The position numbers and the translations under genes are program-made. From Eledone cirrhosa (lineage: Eukaryota): DNA of 64,000 nt. The DNA lies in NCBI GenBank assembly GCA_964016885.1, contig OZ024741.1, positions 279,868,001 to 279,932,000 on the forward strand, given 5' to 3'. Below the pieces are notes generated by a model that was not told the DNA's origin, searched no databases, and saw nothing but the letters and a program-made list of their open reading frames with translations. Of the stretch, positions 56,181 to 64,000 are shown in pieces; positions within the stretch are counted from its first letter, which is position 1, and every line of letters begins with the position of its first letter.

Positions 56181-57137
56181 ACTAGACATGAAAAATGCGC
56201 AAGCTCAAAAGTGCCACAGAATGTTATAATAAACCTTCAAAAGTGTGGGACTAGAGTTGTTGCTAAAAAATATTGTAATCATTATATATCGTACATTCTG
56301 TGGCATCCTTTATAAAAATAGCTTAAACCAACGAAGCCTTTATTTTTACGCTATTTCACTTAGTTAATTCTTAGAGTGTAACATATAAAAATATGATTTA
56401 CAACTATAAAATAAATTAATTAATATAATAACAGAGCTGCGGAGCTGAAATTTAGGAAATAATGGAGTATCGGATCCTGAGTTGGAGCCAGTCAATTTTT
56501 GGCCGACTCCGCAGCCCTGTATAATACATTTCATATTAAAGTTATTAATAAACCTATTTTACACTGAATGCAAATTACCACGAGATATTGATATTAGATA
56601 TAAGATACAGCGCAATATCTACAGCTGTAAAAGTACGAAAGCGAAGTAATAATAAGTGGCTTAAGGTAATTCCAATATGAAAGTTTGTAGTGATAAAAAT
56701 TTGATAATGCAATACGATTGTTAATATTATAGTTCTATGAAAATGTAACAATAGATAACTAAATTATTTTACTATTAGTATATTTAAGAAATTATCATTA
56801 TAGATTTGATCGTTCATATAAGCATCATATTAAGTTTCAACACAATTATTTTGTTACTATGAGTATATGATAATAATATTACGTAATTATTTATAGCTGT
56901 TATTACATTAAACATAGATGTATTTATTTTTATATGTTACACTCTAAGAATTAACTAAGTGAAATAGCGTAAAAATAAAGGCTTCGTTGGTTTAAGCTAT
57001 TTTTATAAAGGATGCCACAGAATGTACGATATATAATGATTACAATATTTTTTAGCAACAACTCTAGTCCCACACTTTTGAAGGTTTATTATAACATTCT
57101 GTGGCACTTTTGAGCTTGCGCATTTTTCATGTCTAGT
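56181..57137. repeat. Long inverted repeat: ~213-bp apparently identical arms (56181-56393 / 56925-57137) around a ~530-bp spacer
   Basis: actagacatgaaaaatgcgc...gtaacatataaaaata is reverse-complemented at 56925-57137; no TSD seen. Confidence 0.9.
56432..56519. mobile_element. Tiny hAT-like MITE
   Basis: Ends cagagctgcggag / ctccgcagccctg; flanks tataataa / tataatac (7/8 TSD). Confidence 0.6.
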
Positions 57138-57729
57138 TTAATATTTTTTTAAGGCAACGCTTGTAATAACTCTAGTTAAACAGGATATATATTAATAATA
57201 AATTATCGTTGTAATGTAATTAGATTATGTAATTGTTATTATAAATTATCTTATAAATATTAGTGTAAGATGTATACAAATATTTTCAGACTTTTAATAT
57301 AAACAACTACAAAAAACAATCAATATTAAATCAATATATTATACATAATAGAAAACATAAAATATACAATACAAAAACAAAATATTTACATACAATTGCA
57401 ATTATCAGTGTATATACATTTTCTTTATATTCCCTGAGCAAATTAATAAGATTTGTTTTTATTGTACATAATTTGATGACTTGTTGGAGTGTATTAAAAG
57501 ATAGCAACAATTTGTGATTAAATTGTTATCTTAAGCAACTCACTTTTTAATAGTTGTTGGCTGAGCGAAATTGTAAAAGCCTATGAGCAAATATAAAAAA
57601 AAATACACAAACAACATTTCCTTGTGTTATTACAACATTAGATAAAATAATTGAGCAATGTCGTTATATTTTGCTCTTATTGCACATTAATAGTGTTTCT
57701 ATTTTTCGGCACAAATCCATTACGGCAGT

Positions 57730-57860
57730 CCATTACTGGTACTTTATTTTATCGAATTAGTAAGTATGAAAGTCGAAGTTAACCTCGGCAGGATTTGAAC
57801 TTAGAATGCAAAGGACCATAACAATACTGCAAAGCATGGTGTCTGACGCTCTACCAATAC
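57730..57860 (-). mobile_element. Degenerate octopus-type SINE
   Basis: actggtactttattttatcga...ctcggcaggatttgaact is the reverse complement of the 5110/8323 family. Confidence 0.6.
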
Positions 57861-58254
57861 TTGTGTTGAGCTGGTCATTAATTTATGGTGGTCGTGCGTG
57901 GAGTAGAGCAATCGCTAGTTGAAATATTATGAACAAAACATTTTTATTTGCCGAAGAACATATTTTCAATACTGTTTGTGAATGTGACGAAGGAAATACA
58001 TTCTGATATGGAACAGTGTACAAAGTGTGTCTGTGAATAACATAATGTTACCTCATGTTGTTGTCAAGACATAATGGATTTCGTTTATCCAGTTAGAAGA
58101 TGAAACCTAGCCATCTCGGATTAGTTATATTTCATGCCATGTGTAAACGTGTTTGAGGATAGCAAAATATGCGCGTTAATTATAATAATTAGTTAATAAT
58201 ATTACAAAATATACCTAATTAAACTCTTTGCTTGAAATTTTATCATTCTTCGTT

Positions 58255-58286
<32 letters not shown>

Positions 58287-59694
58287 TTTATCTAGTCCTT
58301 CGCTCAAGATTAATCTATAAGTTTAGATGTTTGCCTTCGTTTAAGTAAATATTACAGTAAGATTTTTAATATAAACAACTACAAAAAACAATTAATATTA
58401 AAACGAAAAAATTATCAATGATAAAAGAAGCGGATGCAACTTTTTTTTTTATAAAGTTATATTCCTGTTTCTTTAAAGAACATTTCATTTTTGTTCTATT
58501 GTAGGCGAAATAATGCAATGGTTTAATAGGGAAGATATAACTTACCAATTATGTCTCTAACCGTGTAACGCTTTTTAAGTAGATAACTACAATTGAAAAT
58601 ACTAAAGAAATGGAACCAACAATTCAATTTGAAAGTCGTCTACTTATAGTGACAGTGTATTACTGGTACTTTATTTTATCGACCCCGTAACGATGAAATG
58701 CAAAAATGCAAATGCTTAAAATTTAAATTGCCTTAATTCTATCGTCTGCTGTTTCATTAAAGGGAGATTATCGTCTGTATTTAATTCTATCATCTACTGT
58801 TCCACTAAACAGATATACCTCCACTATCGTCTCTATTTATACATTTTAACTTATAACTTATACACATTTGATTTGAAATATTTTATCTAGTCCCCCCTCT
58901 CAATATTATGATGATTTCTTTCGAATGAAACAGTTCTAGTCCTGTAGAAGCCATTTATATATATAATTGAACTGAGTTAAAAATTCACAATATTTATAAT
59001 TAAATAAGCTCATATATATATGTGTGTATTTATCTGTTTATTGTATTATATATAATGTGTGTATATACAGGATGTCCCCCAAAATATATACACACTTCAA
59101 CAGCATTCTAATAACTATTGCCTGTACAGGTAATCAAAGTGTCAATCGAATGTTAGTTTCGTGTTTTAACAGTACAAATTTACAATACACACATAAAACC
59201 AGTGTATATACATACATGAGTGTGTATACACATACATGAATGTGTATATACAATATATATGTATATATATATAGACACATATATTCACGGTGCAACGGTA
59301 CATTAAAATATAGATGCGGGAGAGGGGGGGTGTATATATAGGGGCGCTGGGGATAAAGGAGTGTAAAGCGTGTGTAATTGATATATTGAAGGAGAGGAGC
59401 GTGCAGCGATAGAGTAACAAATATATAGAGAGGGGGAGAGATGGTATTGAAGGGGAGGAGTGCAAAGCGAAAGAGTAAGAGATATATATAGAGACGGAAC
59501 AGATAGAGAGAAACAGGCGTAAGTAACAGTGGAAGAGATATAGAGAGAGGTACTCTGATTGGTTGAAAATTAGCCAATGACATACGATCACCACCACCAC
59601 GGCTATCCCCGAAAAATTTTTAAAGAAGCTAGGCATATATGTTAGAACACGAAAAGTGAACATTCTGTTGTTTCACACTTTTCGTGTTCTAACA

Positions 59695-63234
<3,540 letters not shown>

Positions 63235-63844
63235 TGGTGGCTGCCAACTCGTTTTCGAGTACGGCCACTACTTTATATCCATGTAGGAAAACCCCTACCG
63301 ATGCGCTGAACGAGTGTGACTTTTTAGTCCAGCCAGCGACTTGAAAACTCTGGTACAAACACTACACCTGTGACAATTATTGACAGTGTTGGGCCCATGG
63401 CACCATGTGACGACAAGTGCAGAGAGATCTCCAGATATAAAGCAATGCCAGTGCCGTGAAGCTTTTATAGTGAGCAAAGGCACTGCACAAAGCCAGTCCC
63501 ACTCTCTTAACCAAGATGATATTTACCAAAAAGAAGAACAAGTCAACATCATTGGATACCATCTGGGTTGCAGGTGTTATATCAGAGTTTTCCTTCTCCT
63601 AGAATTCTGTCTTGACAAAGGCTAAGGGGTCATCTCTCCCGGTGATTTTGAATGGCCATTGACTCTTAAGAGCTCCTTTGCCCTTTGACAGGTTTTGTTT
63701 TTAGTCCTGCAGGATGTCCAAAGTCACCCTCCTCACCAAGAAACCTTGGTGGGGTTGCCAGTTTAGTCGCCAACGACCCGACCATGAGACAGGTTGTACT
63801 GGGATACATGTTACTAGTAGCACCAACCGGTGACCTGACATAAC
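63235..63844 (-). mobile_element. ~600-bp non-autonomous RTE-like element, copy 2
   Basis: Paralog of 54715-55320; ORF 63295-63483 ends in C2H2 [22 protein letters not shown]. Confidence 0.7.
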
Positions 63845-64000
63845 ATACATACACATATATATACATACACATATATATACATACATACATATACATACAT
63901 ACATATATATACATACATACATATACATACATACATATATACACACACACATATACATATACATACATATATATACACACACACATATACATACATATAT

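Overview
AT-rich, microsatellite-laden eukaryotic DNA. The SINE/RTE repertoire and compound (TA/CA) arrays look like Octopus (inferred). The only host coding sequence I can support is a 121-bp internal exon of a REEP1-4-type (DP1/Yop1 family) gene on the minus strand (6453-6573), so the rest is probably intronic. The window is packed with transposon relics: a mariner, five 5'-truncated RTE LINEs carrying a PHD-like C4HC3 insert, a CR1-type LINE, CRE- and R4/Dong-type endonuclease fragments, tRNA-derived SINEs (one shares its 3' end with an RTE in the window), two copies of a 600-bp non-autonomous RTE derivative, and piggyBac-, hAT- and pogo-type MITEs, some nested with clear TSDs. The most notable signal is several unrelated non-coding elements carrying type I hammerhead ribozymes (HHRs), inserted in (TA)n tracts with direct or inverted partial repeats, as in Penelope pLTRs or retrozymes. 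They include an intact HHR pair that would release a 495-nt RNA (27370-27864), a 440-bp-period pair, a minimal HHR on the host-gene strand, and an HHR with a compensatory U3:A8 core variant. All long ORFs over the microsatellites are artefacts. No database searches or folding programs were run; base pairings were checked by eye.
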